A DNA stretch of 64,000 nt, from positions 1,816 to 65,815 of the forward strand of contig CALVZE010000003.1 in NCBI GenBank assembly GCA_944372445.1, read 5' to 3'. Below are positions 34,212 through 42,359 of this stretch, piece by piece. The stretch is from an uncultured Clostridia bacterium (GTDB lineage Bacteria; Bacillota; Clostridia; Christensenellales; UBA1242). Both the position numbers and the translations under genes were made by a program. Positions within the stretch are counted from its first letter, which is position 1. Every line of letters begins with the position of its first letter. The notes beneath the pieces are model-generated. The model was not told the origin of the DNA, did not search any database, and was given only the letters and a program-made list of their open reading frames with translations.

Positions 34212-34234
34212 AGACTTGTTTTAAGGAGATTTAT

Positions 34235-34801
34235 ATGAATGAGATGGTGGATGAAATTTTTTCATCGCTTAAAAACGACTTAGAAAAAGCATATTCTCAT
34301 CAACAAGATGAATATCTTTTAATAAGAGCGGGTCGCGCTAATCCTCATATCTTAGACAAAGTTATGGTGGAATATTATGGTGTTATGACTCCTATCAACC
34401 AAATGGGAACTATTTCGGTTTCGGAAGCTAGGATTTTAAACATCAATATTTGGGATGTGAGCCAAATAAAGAATGTTATGAAAGCTATCAATCAGGCGGA
34501 TATTGGCATATCACCAACAGATGACGGCAAAACAATAAGACTTGTTTTTCCAACACTGACCGAAGAACGCAGAAAAGAAATTTGTAAGAATGTCAAAAAG
34601 ATATGTGAAGAAACAAAAATTGCTATGCGAAATGCTAGACGCGATAGCCTTGATATGCTTAAAGATTTGAAAAAAGACAACGCGTTATCTGAGGACGAAC
34701 TTTCGGGCTGTGAAAAGGATGTTCAAAAGATGATAGACAAATATACGGCTCTTGCTGATAATTTGGCAACTGAAAAAGAAGACGAGGTTATGAAAGTTTA
34801 A
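34235..34801 (+). CDS. frr: Ribosome recycling factor
   Basis: IRAGRANPHILDKVMVEYYG...LNINIWD...PPLTEERRKE-like sequence (PTLTEERRKE). Confidence 0.95.
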   Translation: MNEMVDEIFSSLKNDLEKAYSHQQDEYLLIRAGRANPHILDKVMVEYYGVMTPINQMGTISVSEARILNINIWDVSQIKNVMKAINQADIGISPTDDGKTIRLVFPTLTEERRKEICKNVKKICEETKIAMRNARRDSLDMLKDLKKDNALSEDELSGCEKDVQKMIDKYTALADNLATEKEDEVMKV

Positions 34802-34812
34802 TTTGGAGTTAT

Positions 34813-35499
34813 ATGAAAAAATTACCTACTCATATCGCTTTTATCATGGACGGCAATAGGCGTTGGGCTGTAAGGCGTGGGCTTAGCAAAATGCTAGGAC
34901 ACAAAAAGGGTGCCGAGGTGCTTGTCAATGTAATTAAAGAGCTAAGCAAGATTAATGATATTAAATATGCTTCATTTTTTGCGTTTTCAACGGAAAATTG
35001 GAACAGAGAACAAAAGGAAATTGATGCAATCTTTCAGCTTGTTGAAGAGATGTTTGAGCGTCACGAGCAGGAATTTCATAATCTCAACATAAAATTTGTG
35101 GTTATGGGTGATATATCGCGTTTTCCGGTGGCAATGCAAGAAAAACTTATAAAAGTTCAGGAAAATAGCAAAAATAATAGTGGACTTACTGTGCTTCTTG
35201 CTTTAAACTATGGTGGAAGGGATGATATTGTGCAGGCAGTTAACAAACTGTTAAAGAAAAACTATAAGAGTGTTACGGAAGAAGATATAGCTAAAAACTT
35301 ATTGTCCTATCCTGCGCCAGATATCGATTTCCTTATAAGAACAAGCAGAGAGCAGAGAATTTCGAATTTTATGCTATTTCAACTTGCTTACAGTGAGATG
35401 TATTTTCCAAAATACTATTGGCCAGATTTTAACAAAAAACGCCTCGAAAAGGCATTAAAAATTTATTCAAAAAGAAACAGAAGATTCGGAGGGAATTAA
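34813..35499 (+). CDS. uppS: Isoprenyl transferase (undecaprenyl diphosphate synthase)
   Basis: HIAFIMDGNRRWA, FAFSTENWNR and RTSREQRISNFMLFQLAYSE. Confidence 0.95.
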   Translation: MKKLPTHIAFIMDGNRRWAVRRGLSKMLGHKKGAEVLVNVIKELSKINDIKYASFFAFSTENWNREQKEIDAIFQLVEEMFERHEQEFHNLNIKFVVMGDISRFPVAMQEKLIKVQENSKNNSGLTVLLALNYGGRDDIVQAVNKLLKKNYKSVTEEDIAKNLLSYPAPDIDFLIRTSREQRISNFMLFQLAYSEMYFPKYYWPDFNKKRLEKALKIYSKRNRRFGGN

Positions 35500-36461
35500 T
35501 GAAAAAACGAGTTTATTCATCAGTGCTAATTGTGCTACTTTTAGCAATCTTATTTGTGCTTAAAATTTTTGTTAGCGACTATTTCTTTGACGCGTTTTTT
35601 GGAGTGATTGCTTGTATTGCTTCCTTTGAAATGTCAAGACTACTTTCCAAAACCAAGCGTTATAATTTTCAAATGTTATCGGTGATTTTTCCAGCGATAA
35701 TCCTTGCTTGTCACCTAATTTGCGCTCACTATGCTGTCGCTCTTGGTGATATTTACTGGATTTTATGGGCAATTCTTATTGACTTTGCGCTTATGTTTGT
35801 GGTGCTTATGGGAACTTTCTTAATTCAGCTTATTCGCAAAAAGAAAGTGCTTGAAGAGATGACAACGCGTGATGTTAAAAATATGTCTGTCGCAAAATTT
35901 ACTTTTAAAAAATGTTTGAACACTCTCATCATCTTTGTTTATCCAGCATTTTTCTTCCTATTTATGGTGTTCGTGAACCATATGGGCGATTTGCCACTTT
36001 CGAAATTTGCCGATGTGTCTGTTGATTTTTCTATCTTCATTTTAATGACTGCAATTTTAATTCCAATGTTGTCAGATACCTTTGCTATGCTCACGGGTTC
36101 TCTTATTGGCGGAAAGAAGTTATGTCCAAGAATAAGTCCGGGAAAGACAATATCTGGCACGGTTGGCGGTGCTGTTTGGACACTTCTTCTTATGTCAGCG
36201 GTTTGGCTTATTTTTGCTAATATCAATGGCTTTGATTTTATGTGGTCAAGTTTTCCAATTTGGGCATATCTTATCATCATCCTTATAGGAGTGGGCATAG
36301 CGGTTGCAGGCGATTTGTTTGAAAGTATTTTAAAACGCCACTCAGGAGTAAAAGACAGCGGAAGGTTGGTTCCGGGACATGGCGGAATACTTGACAGAAT
36401 AGATTCATATATCTTTATTGCGCCTTACATCATGCTTGCATTTTGGATTTTTGCTCTATAA
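35499..36461 (+). CDS. cdsA: Phosphatidate cytidylyltransferase
   Basis: C-terminal signature SILKRHSGVKDSGRLVPGHGGILDRIDS. Polytopic membrane protein. Confidence 0.9.
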   Translation: MKKRVYSSVLIVLLLAILFVLKIFVSDYFFDAFFGVIACIASFEMSRLLSKTKRYNFQMLSVIFPAIILACHLICAHYAVALGDIYWILWAILIDFALMFVVLMGTFLIQLIRKKKVLEEMTTRDVKNMSVAKFTFKKCLNTLIIFVYPAFFFLFMVFVNHMGDLPLSKFADVSVDFSIFILMTAILIPMLSDTFAMLTGSLIGGKKLCPRISPGKTISGTVGGAVWTLLLMSAVWLIFANINGFDFMWSSFPIWAYLIIILIGVGIAVAGDLFESILKRHSGVKDSGRLVPGHGGILDRIDSYIFIAPYIMLAFWIFAL

Positions 36462-36535
36462 TTTTCCTTTTATAATCTTCAAATTTTATCTACGAATGAT
36501 TTTTTAGAAACTCATGAAATAATAGGAGTAAGATA

Positions 36536-37717
36536 ATGACGACATTTTTATATGTATTACTTGCGATTGTGGTTCTTCTATTCATGGTTATGGTTCATGA
36601 GCTTGGACACTACATCGCAGGAAAAATTTTGAAATTTAAGATAACTGAATTTTCAATCGGGTTTGGAAAGGCTATCTTTTCTCATACCTCAAAAAAAACA
36701 GGCGAAAAGTTTTCTCTTCGCATTTTTCCACTAGGAGGCTACTGCTCTTTTTATGGCGAGGAAGATGACGGCACGGCAGAAAAACTTGATGACAATAAAA
36801 ACATTGTGGATGTCAAGCAAAACGACGGCGTGCCTTTTAACAGTCAAAAGCCATGGAAACGAATAATCGTCTTTTTGGCTGGTGTTACCATGAATTTCAT
36901 AACTGCCATCCTCTTTTCTTGGATTCTTCTTTGTGCGGTCGGTTATGATGTTCCACAGATTATTGATTATAGCTCAACTATAAATGTTGATGAGAATGGG
37001 CAAAGCATTTTTCAAAAGGGCGATGTAATTACTCACATTAATGGAGAAAAAATTGATTTCGCCTTTGGTGTCAATTTTAACACAGCTATCTCCAACCAAA
37101 AGGAATCCGCAAAAGAATTTTATGAGAGTGAAAACTATGCGGGCGGAGATTATGTTTTTGATATGACCGTTCGCCGTGACGGAGAGAGTATTGTTTTAGA
37201 AAATGTTAAGATAATCCAAGAAGTTGTGACGGAAACTGACAGTGACACAGGCGAGGTTAAGACAAGTTATGTTTATCTTATGGGACTAGAAAGCACCGAG
37301 AACAAAGTTTGCACGAAGGCGTATAAGTATGGCTTCTTCGAGGGCTTAGGGCGTTCGTTTTCTATGGCTTTCGGCTTTGCATGGGTGGTGCTTAAAAGTT
37401 TATGGATGCTTATAACTTTCCAAATTCCTATCACTGAAATGGGCGGAACGATAACAACCATTGCCACAATGGCAGAATACACTGCAATAAACCCTGCAAA
37501 TCTTTTAATCTTTATACCACTAATATCTGCCAATCTTGCCATATTTAACCTGTTGCCGTTTCCAGCGCTTGACGGGGCGCATGTTCTTTTCACAGTCATT
37601 GAATGGATACGAGGAAAGCCAATCAATCGAAAAGTGGAAAATACCATTCACTTTGTCGGCATTTGCATTCTCTTTGCCTTTGTCGTCATTGTAGATATAC
37701 TGCATTTTTTGCTTTAA
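36536..37717 (+). CDS. rseP: RIP metalloprotease RseP/RasP (M50 site-2 protease)
   Basis: HELGHY zinc motif, a PDZ-like middle region, and C-terminal NLLPFPALDG. Confidence 0.9.
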   Translation: MTTFLYVLLAIVVLLFMVMVHELGHYIAGKILKFKITEFSIGFGKAIFSHTSKKTGEKFSLRIFPLGGYCSFYGEEDDGTAEKLDDNKNIVDVKQNDGVPFNSQKPWKRIIVFLAGVTMNFITAILFSWILLCAVGYDVPQIIDYSSTINVDENGQSIFQKGDVITHINGEKIDFAFGVNFNTAISNQKESAKEFYESENYAGGDYVFDMTVRRDGESIVLENVKIIQEVVTETDSDTGEVKTSYVYLMGLESTENKVCTKAYKYGFFEGLGRSFSMAFGFAWVVLKSLWMLITFQIPITEMGGTITTIATMAEYTAINPANLLIFIPLISANLAIFNLLPFPALDGAHVLFTVIEWIRGKPINRKVENTIHFVGICILFAFVVIVDILHFLL

Positions 37718-37737
37718 AGGTAGATAAAAATATTTAG

Positions 37738-37772
37738 AAAAACTCTATGTCGAAAAACATTAGAGTTTTTTA
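37738..37772 (+). terminator. Rho-independent terminator after rseP
   Basis: AAAAACTCTA-13 nt-TAGAGTTTTT plus T. Confidence 0.65.
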
Positions 37773-37774
37773 TA

Positions 37775-37803
37775 TTGACAAAATAGATATTTTTGTTTAT
37801 AAT
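37775..37803 (+). promoter_or_regulatory. Consensus sigma-A promoter
   Basis: TTGACA, 17-nt spacer, TATAAT (both hexamers perfect). Confidence 0.7.
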
Positions 37804-37820
37804 TTGCGAAAAAGGACGAA

Positions 37821-38387
37821 ATGGAAAGAAAAACGATTTTAAAGCTTAAAGAAGTGTTTTCGCACGGCTACGCGTGGACAAGAGGCTGTGAGCATTATAG
37901 TTATGTTTTAAATAATGGTTATAATGTGGCTTATATAATAAATTGCTTTGGGCATGCATGCTTTAATTTAACCAACAAACAACTTGACAATCTGAATTTC
38001 AACATGACAGACTATTATGCACTAAGAAATTTTTATAAATATAAAAACGAAACGAAAAGAGAGGTTTCAGAAGAGTTATTTTCTTTTGTCGAACAGGCGG
38101 GTATCAAGGTGAGTAGTTTAAGTCGAGGAATACTTAAACGCAACCAAACGGTGGTGGCGCTTTATATTGACGAAAAATATAAAGATATCCACTTTATCAA
38201 GCTGGACGAATATGGCTGGTCGAGTAAATTAGGTATTACTCCGGGAATTAAGCTATATGAAAATGTTCCGGAAAAAATTTCGCCTTTTTATGAGTTTTAT
38301 GATAGCTATATTTTAACCAACAAAAAAGCCGACGGAGACGGAGTGACAAAGAATATTGTTGACAACAATCCCGTTCTCATTCTATAA
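37821..38387 (+). CDS. Hypothetical protein, 188 aa (possible Cys/His hydrolase)
   Basis: Its own perfect promoter. Candidate nucleophile context INCFGHACFN and a later DIHFIKLD...GWSSKLG. No confident family call. Confidence 0.6.
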   Translation: MERKTILKLKEVFSHGYAWTRGCEHYSYVLNNGYNVAYIINCFGHACFNLTNKQLDNLNFNMTDYYALRNFYKYKNETKREVSEELFSFVEQAGIKVSSLSRGILKRNQTVVALYIDEKYKDIHFIKLDEYGWSSKLGITPGIKLYENVPEKISPFYEFYDSYILTNKKADGDGVTKNIVDNNPVLIL

Positions 38388-38394
38388 AAACAAC

Positions 38395-38423
38395 TTGACA
38401 AATTATGTCATATTTTATAAAAT
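38395..38423 (+). promoter_or_regulatory. Sigma-A promoter positioned for a leaderless transcript
   Basis: TTGACA, 17-nt spacer, TAAAAT, then 6 nt (GATAAC), then the ATG at 38430. No SD. Confidence 0.55.
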
Positions 38424-38429
38424 GATAAC

Positions 38430-39959
38430 ATGAATTTTGAACAAGAATTTAATAAAAAGTTTGGAGAAAGATTTTCTAACTTATATCTAAAAAATGTTGT
38501 TGTAGATAAGGACACTTGCACAGTGACTTTCCTTTATCCATCCACTGATGAAACACTTACCGATGTTGAAAAAGAGGAAATAATAAAATTTGCAGAAGAG
38601 AAGCTTTCTTTGTCTTACTTACATCTTAAAGTTAAATTCCTTAAAGTATATGTTGAAGAAAAACTCATAATAAAGGCGCTTTTTAATATTCTTGAAGATA
38701 AATTCAAATTGTTAAAAACATACATTCATGATGAAGATATCAAGGTGGAGATAACAAACATTGACGCAACAATCACCTTTGATGTCAGTCCGCGTCTAGC
38801 TCAATTTTTTGCCGACAACAAGGCTTCGGTGTATATTGCAAAGGCACTAAAAGAAAGTTTTTTGATTAACTTCAACATAAATTTGAACTTGCTTGATGAT
38901 AAGGTTGACGAAGTCGATATTGATAATATTGAAGTTAAAACAACCACGCATAGAACTCAGAGATATGATGTTTTAGTCGTTAAAGAAGTGATTGGAAAAG
39001 ATATACCGCCGAAACCTGAGTTTATTTCAAACATACAATATCCTAAATCTTCGGTGATACTTGCTGGTTATATTGAAAACTTTGAGCGTAAAGACTTTGT
39101 TATAAAAAAAGGCGCGCGTGCAGGTCAGCAAAAGGCGTATTTTAAATTTAACTTGTTTGACGGCAAAGGGAAAATTGATTGTATATATTTTTGTCCGAAG
39201 AAAAATGAAGCGATTATGGATGCCTTAGAGGAGCATATGTTTTTGCTACTACATGGCGATGTGAAGCTTGGGCTAAACGGCAAGTTGACGCTATATATTG
39301 ATAAACTCGCTCTTGCAAGCGAAACTGAACAGAAGGAGGTCGAAAAACCTCATGGACAAATTAAAGAAGTGGAGATAGAGAGGCTTGGAGCGCTTGAACA
39401 AGATAATATGTTTGGAGAGGTGGAGAAATACAACCATAAGGTTATGGACAATAATATTGTGGTGTTTGATATTGAAACAACAGGACTAAATCCTGAAATC
39501 GACCAAATTATCGAACTTGGCGCAGTAAAGATTGAAAAAGGGAATATTATCGAAAAATTTTCAACTTTTGTTAAGCCTACTATTGAAATTCCGTTTGAGG
39601 TTATGGAACTTACGCATATAACCAACGAAATGGTGGAAGATGCACCAGAGATTGAGGACGTTATTAGGCAATTTTTCGAATTTTCTAAGGGCTGTGTGCT
39701 TTGTGGGCATAATATAATCAACTTCGACATTAAGTTTATTAGGCGTTTTGGCGGTTATCAAAATTTAGAATTTAATAACGACATTATAGACACCTTGAAC
39801 GAGGCAAGAGTGTCGCGTTTGAAAATTTCAAGGTTTAATTTAGGAACGGTGACAAAAGCATTAGGTATTGAGCTTAAAGGAGCGCACAGGGCGTGGAATG
39901 ACGCTTTTGCAACCGCCCAGGTGCTTTTAAAGCTGAACGAAGCAGGCAGAAAGATGTAA
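38430..39959 (+). CDS. PolC-like N-terminal + OB-fold + DEDDh 3'-5' exonuclease protein lacking PHP and polymerase domains
   Basis: The exonuclease motifs VVFDIETTGL, GHNIINFD and HRAWNDAFATAQVL are close to the B. subtilis PolC exonuclease (VVFDVETTGL / AHNASFD / HRAIYDAEATAYLL). An OB-like segment VILAGYIENFERKDF...KFNLFDGKGKIDCIYF precedes them. The protein is only 509 aa. Confidence 0.75.
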   Translation: MNFEQEFNKKFGERFSNLYLKNVVVDKDTCTVTFLYPSTDETLTDVEKEEIIKFAEEKLSLSYLHLKVKFLKVYVEEKLIIKALFNILEDKFKLLKTYIHDEDIKVEITNIDATITFDVSPRLAQFFADNKASVYIAKALKESFLINFNINLNLLDDKVDEVDIDNIEVKTTTHRTQRYDVLVVKEVIGKDIPPKPEFISNIQYPKSSVILAGYIENFERKDFVIKKGARAGQQKAYFKFNLFDGKGKIDCIYFCPKKNEAIMDALEEHMFLLLHGDVKLGLNGKLTLYIDKLALASETEQKEVEKPHGQIKEVEIERLGALEQDNMFGEVEKYNHKVMDNNIVVFDIETTGLNPEIDQIIELGAVKIEKGNIIEKFSTFVKPTIEIPFEVMELTHITNEMVEDAPEIEDVIRQFFEFSKGCVLCGHNIINFDIKFIRRFGGYQNLEFNNDIIDTLNEARVSRLKISRFNLGTVTKALGIELKGAHRAWNDAFATAQVLLKLNEAGRKM

Positions 39960-40094
39960 AGTCACATTTACTTGTGGCAGTGTTAAAACTAGAAAATAAT
40001 TGCAGTAAACATATTTAAATTTAGCTAAATTGGCTTAATATGTTATTCATTTTAAAATAATTTATAGATTTTTTGAAAATATGTTAAAAAAATC

Positions 40095-40123
40095 TTGCTT
40101 TTTTTAAATTTATCGGTTATAAT
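40095..40123 (+). promoter_or_regulatory. Sigma-A promoter of the rimP-nusA-infB operon
   Basis: TTGCTT, 17-nt spacer, TATAAT. The leader contains hairpin GAGTGGGCA-atgt-TTGCTCACTC. Confidence 0.6.
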
Positions 40124-40187
40124 AATCTTATCTTGTGGCAGGGAGTGGGCAATGTTTGCTCACTCTTTGTGTTAATAGGAGGAAAAT

Positions 40188-40646
40188 ATGGCAAAAGTCA
40201 AAGAAATAAGCGAGGCGAAGCTTAGACCTGTAATCGAAGAAATGGGCTATGAACTCGTGGATGTAGAATACAAAAAAGAGTTTGACGGTATGAGTTTAAT
40301 TTTCACAATTGATAAAGAAGAAGGTGTGACTATTGACGATTGTGAAAAGGTGAACAAGGCGATTGACCCGATAATTGACGAGCTCAATCCAACGGGTGAC
40401 GAACCTTACACTTTGGTTGTTTCAAGCCCAGGGCTTGATAGACAACTTAAAACAGACAGAGATTTAAGACGAACTCTTGATAAAGATGTTTCGTTAACGC
40501 TCTTTTCGAAGCTTGACGGAAAAAAGAATTTCGAAGGCACGCTTGTGAATTTTGATGAAAAAACGGTCACGATAAAGATTGGTGACGAGGAAAAGGTGTT
40601 CGATAGAGATAAGATTGCTGGCTTGAAACTCGTCATTAAATTTTAA
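40188..40646 (+). CDS. rimP: Ribosome maturation factor RimP
   Basis: LEVSSPGLDRPL-like sequence (LVVSSPGLDRQL). Position upstream of nusA. Confidence 0.9.
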   Translation: MAKVKEISEAKLRPVIEEMGYELVDVEYKKEFDGMSLIFTIDKEEGVTIDDCEKVNKAIDPIIDELNPTGDEPYTLVVSSPGLDRQLKTDRDLRRTLDKDVSLTLFSKLDGKKNFEGTLVNFDEKTVTIKIGDEEKVFDRDKIAGLKLVIKF

Positions 40647-40666
40647 GGAAAAATAAGGAGAAAATA

Positions 40667-41827
40667 ATGGTAAATAAAGATTTTTTTAAGGCATTAGAGG
40701 AATTAGAACAGGAGAGAAATATAGATAAAGACACTTTTATTCAAACGCTTGAAACAGCTCTCACATCTGCTTACAAAAAGATGTATGGCGAAGCTAAAAG
40801 TGCTATGGTTAAATTATATCCAGAACGCAACACTATTAGGATTTATTCCTATAAGACTGTTGTAGATAATGTTGAAGATGAGGACAAAGAAATCTCTCTT
40901 GAAGAAGCAAGACTCTCAAAAAAGTCATATAAAGTTGGCGACATCGTTGCAGTTGAAGAAACCACTAAGGATTTTGGAAGAATTGCAGCTCAAACGGCGA
41001 AGCAAGTTGTTATGCAAAAACTTAAAGAACTTGAAAAACAACAGGCCGTAAGCGAACTATCTGAAAAAGAGGATGAACTTTTAACGACTATTGTTAAGCG
41101 TATAGATGGTGATAATGTTTTTGTAAGCATTCCAGGCACGAACACAGAAGGCGCCCTCATGAAACAGGACCAAATTCCTGGCGACAAATTTCAGGTTGGC
41201 GACAGAGTGAAAGTTTATGTTAAAAAGATTAAAGAATCTTTTCATGGTCCTCAAATTCAAGTTTCAAGAAGCAATATAGGCTTTGTCAGAAAGTTGTTTG
41301 AACTTGAAATTCCAGAGATTGCCAGCGGTGAGGTAGTTATAAAAAACATCGCACGCGATGCAGGCAATAGAACTAAGGTGGCAGTTTTTTGCGATAAGCC
41401 AAATGTGGACGCTGTTGGTGCTTGTGTTGGAAATAGGGGTTCAAGAATTAACACTATCGTTAACGAACTAAACGGCGAAAAGATTGATTTAGTCGAATAT
41501 TCTAATGACCCTCTTGAATATATCGCAAGAGCATTAAGTCCTGCAAAAGTGCTTTCAGTTGAAACAAATGACAGCCTTAACATGAGTCAGGTCATAGTTC
41601 CTGATGACAAGCTTTCCTTAGCAATCGGCAAGGGCGGGCAAAATGTTAGACTTGCTGCGAAACTCACTGGTTGGAAGATAGATGTTAAACCTGAAAGCTA
41701 TGTTAAACCTGTTAAGGATGAAAAAGAGCCTGAATACGAACTTACCGAGCTTTCTGACGAGGATTCTTTCAATACTATGAGTGACCTTGATGACCTTGAA
41801 GAAATCAATGGAGATGAGGAAAACTGA
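40667..41827 (+). CDS. nusA: Transcription termination/antitermination factor NusA
   Basis: N-terminal domain, S1 and KH domains (IGACVGNRGSRI, AIGKGGQNVRLAAKLTGWKIDV), and an acidic C-terminal tail. Confidence 0.95.
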   Translation: MVNKDFFKALEELEQERNIDKDTFIQTLETALTSAYKKMYGEAKSAMVKLYPERNTIRIYSYKTVVDNVEDEDKEISLEEARLSKKSYKVGDIVAVEETTKDFGRIAAQTAKQVVMQKLKELEKQQAVSELSEKEDELLTTIVKRIDGDNVFVSIPGTNTEGALMKQDQIPGDKFQVGDRVKVYVKKIKESFHGPQIQVSRSNIGFVRKLFELEIPEIASGEVVIKNIARDAGNRTKVAVFCDKPNVDAVGACVGNRGSRINTIVNELNGEKIDLVEYSNDPLEYIARALSPAKVLSVETNDSLNMSQVIVPDDKLSLAIGKGGQNVRLAAKLTGWKIDVKPESYVKPVKDEKEPEYELTELSDEDSFNTMSDLDDLEEINGDEEN

Positions 41828-42084
41828 TGCAGGAAAGATTAAGGATGTGTATTGTCTGCCGTGATAGAAGTGACAAAAAAGAACTTGTCCGAGTGGTTAG
41901 AAACAAAAATGGCGAAGTGTTCTTAGATAAAACAGGCAAGGCTAACGGCAGAGGAGCATATGTTTGTAAGTCGAAAGATTGTTTTGATAAACTTAAAAAG
42001 ACTAGGGCACTAAATCGCGCATTTAAGTGTGAAATACCACTTGAAATATATGAAAAACTTGGAGAGGAAATTGAAAACTCTTAA
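41827..42084 (+). CDS. ylxR: YlxR/RnpM family RNA-binding protein (DUF448)
   Basis: RMCIVCR....KKELVR..R...G....D..GKANGRGAY.C pattern. Confidence 0.9.
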   Translation: MQERLRMCIVCRDRSDKKELVRVVRNKNGEVFLDKTGKANGRGAYVCKSKDCFDKLKKTRALNRAFKCEIPLEIYEKLGEEIENS

Positions 42085-42358
42085 CGGAATTATCAACATT
42101 TGCCGAAAGGCGGGATATCTCATTATTGGCGGTGAAAATATTAAAAACAATCCGCATAAAATGTATCTTATACTAATTGATAAATCTAGTGGCAATTCTC
42201 TTAAAAGAGAGATAAATTATTTGTTAGTTTCGCGAAATATTCCATTTTTGGAAGTTGAGGGGCTTGCAAATATGATAGGTATAGAAAATTGCAAGGCGGT
42301 GGCAATAAAAAACAAGGCACTAAGTGATGAAATATTAAAAATGATAAAAGGAGAGTAA
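42071..42358 (+). CDS. L7Ae/YlxQ family ribosome-associated protein
   Basis: TTG at 42071 follows GGAGAGGA. LNGIINICRKAGYLIIGGENI is L7Ae-like. The start is uncertain; in-frame ATGs lie at 42029 and 42050. Confidence 0.7.
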   Translation: MKTLNGIINICRKAGYLIIGGENIKNNPHKMYLILIDKSSGNSLKREINYLLVSRNIPFLEVEGLANMIGIENCKAVAIKNKALSDEILKMIKGE

Positions 42359-42359
42359 T

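Noticed and set aside
36462-36535. Absence of dxr between cdsA and rseP as evidence for loss of the MEP pathway.
   Set aside because: Gene order varies among Firmicutes and dxr could be elsewhere. This cannot be judged from one window.
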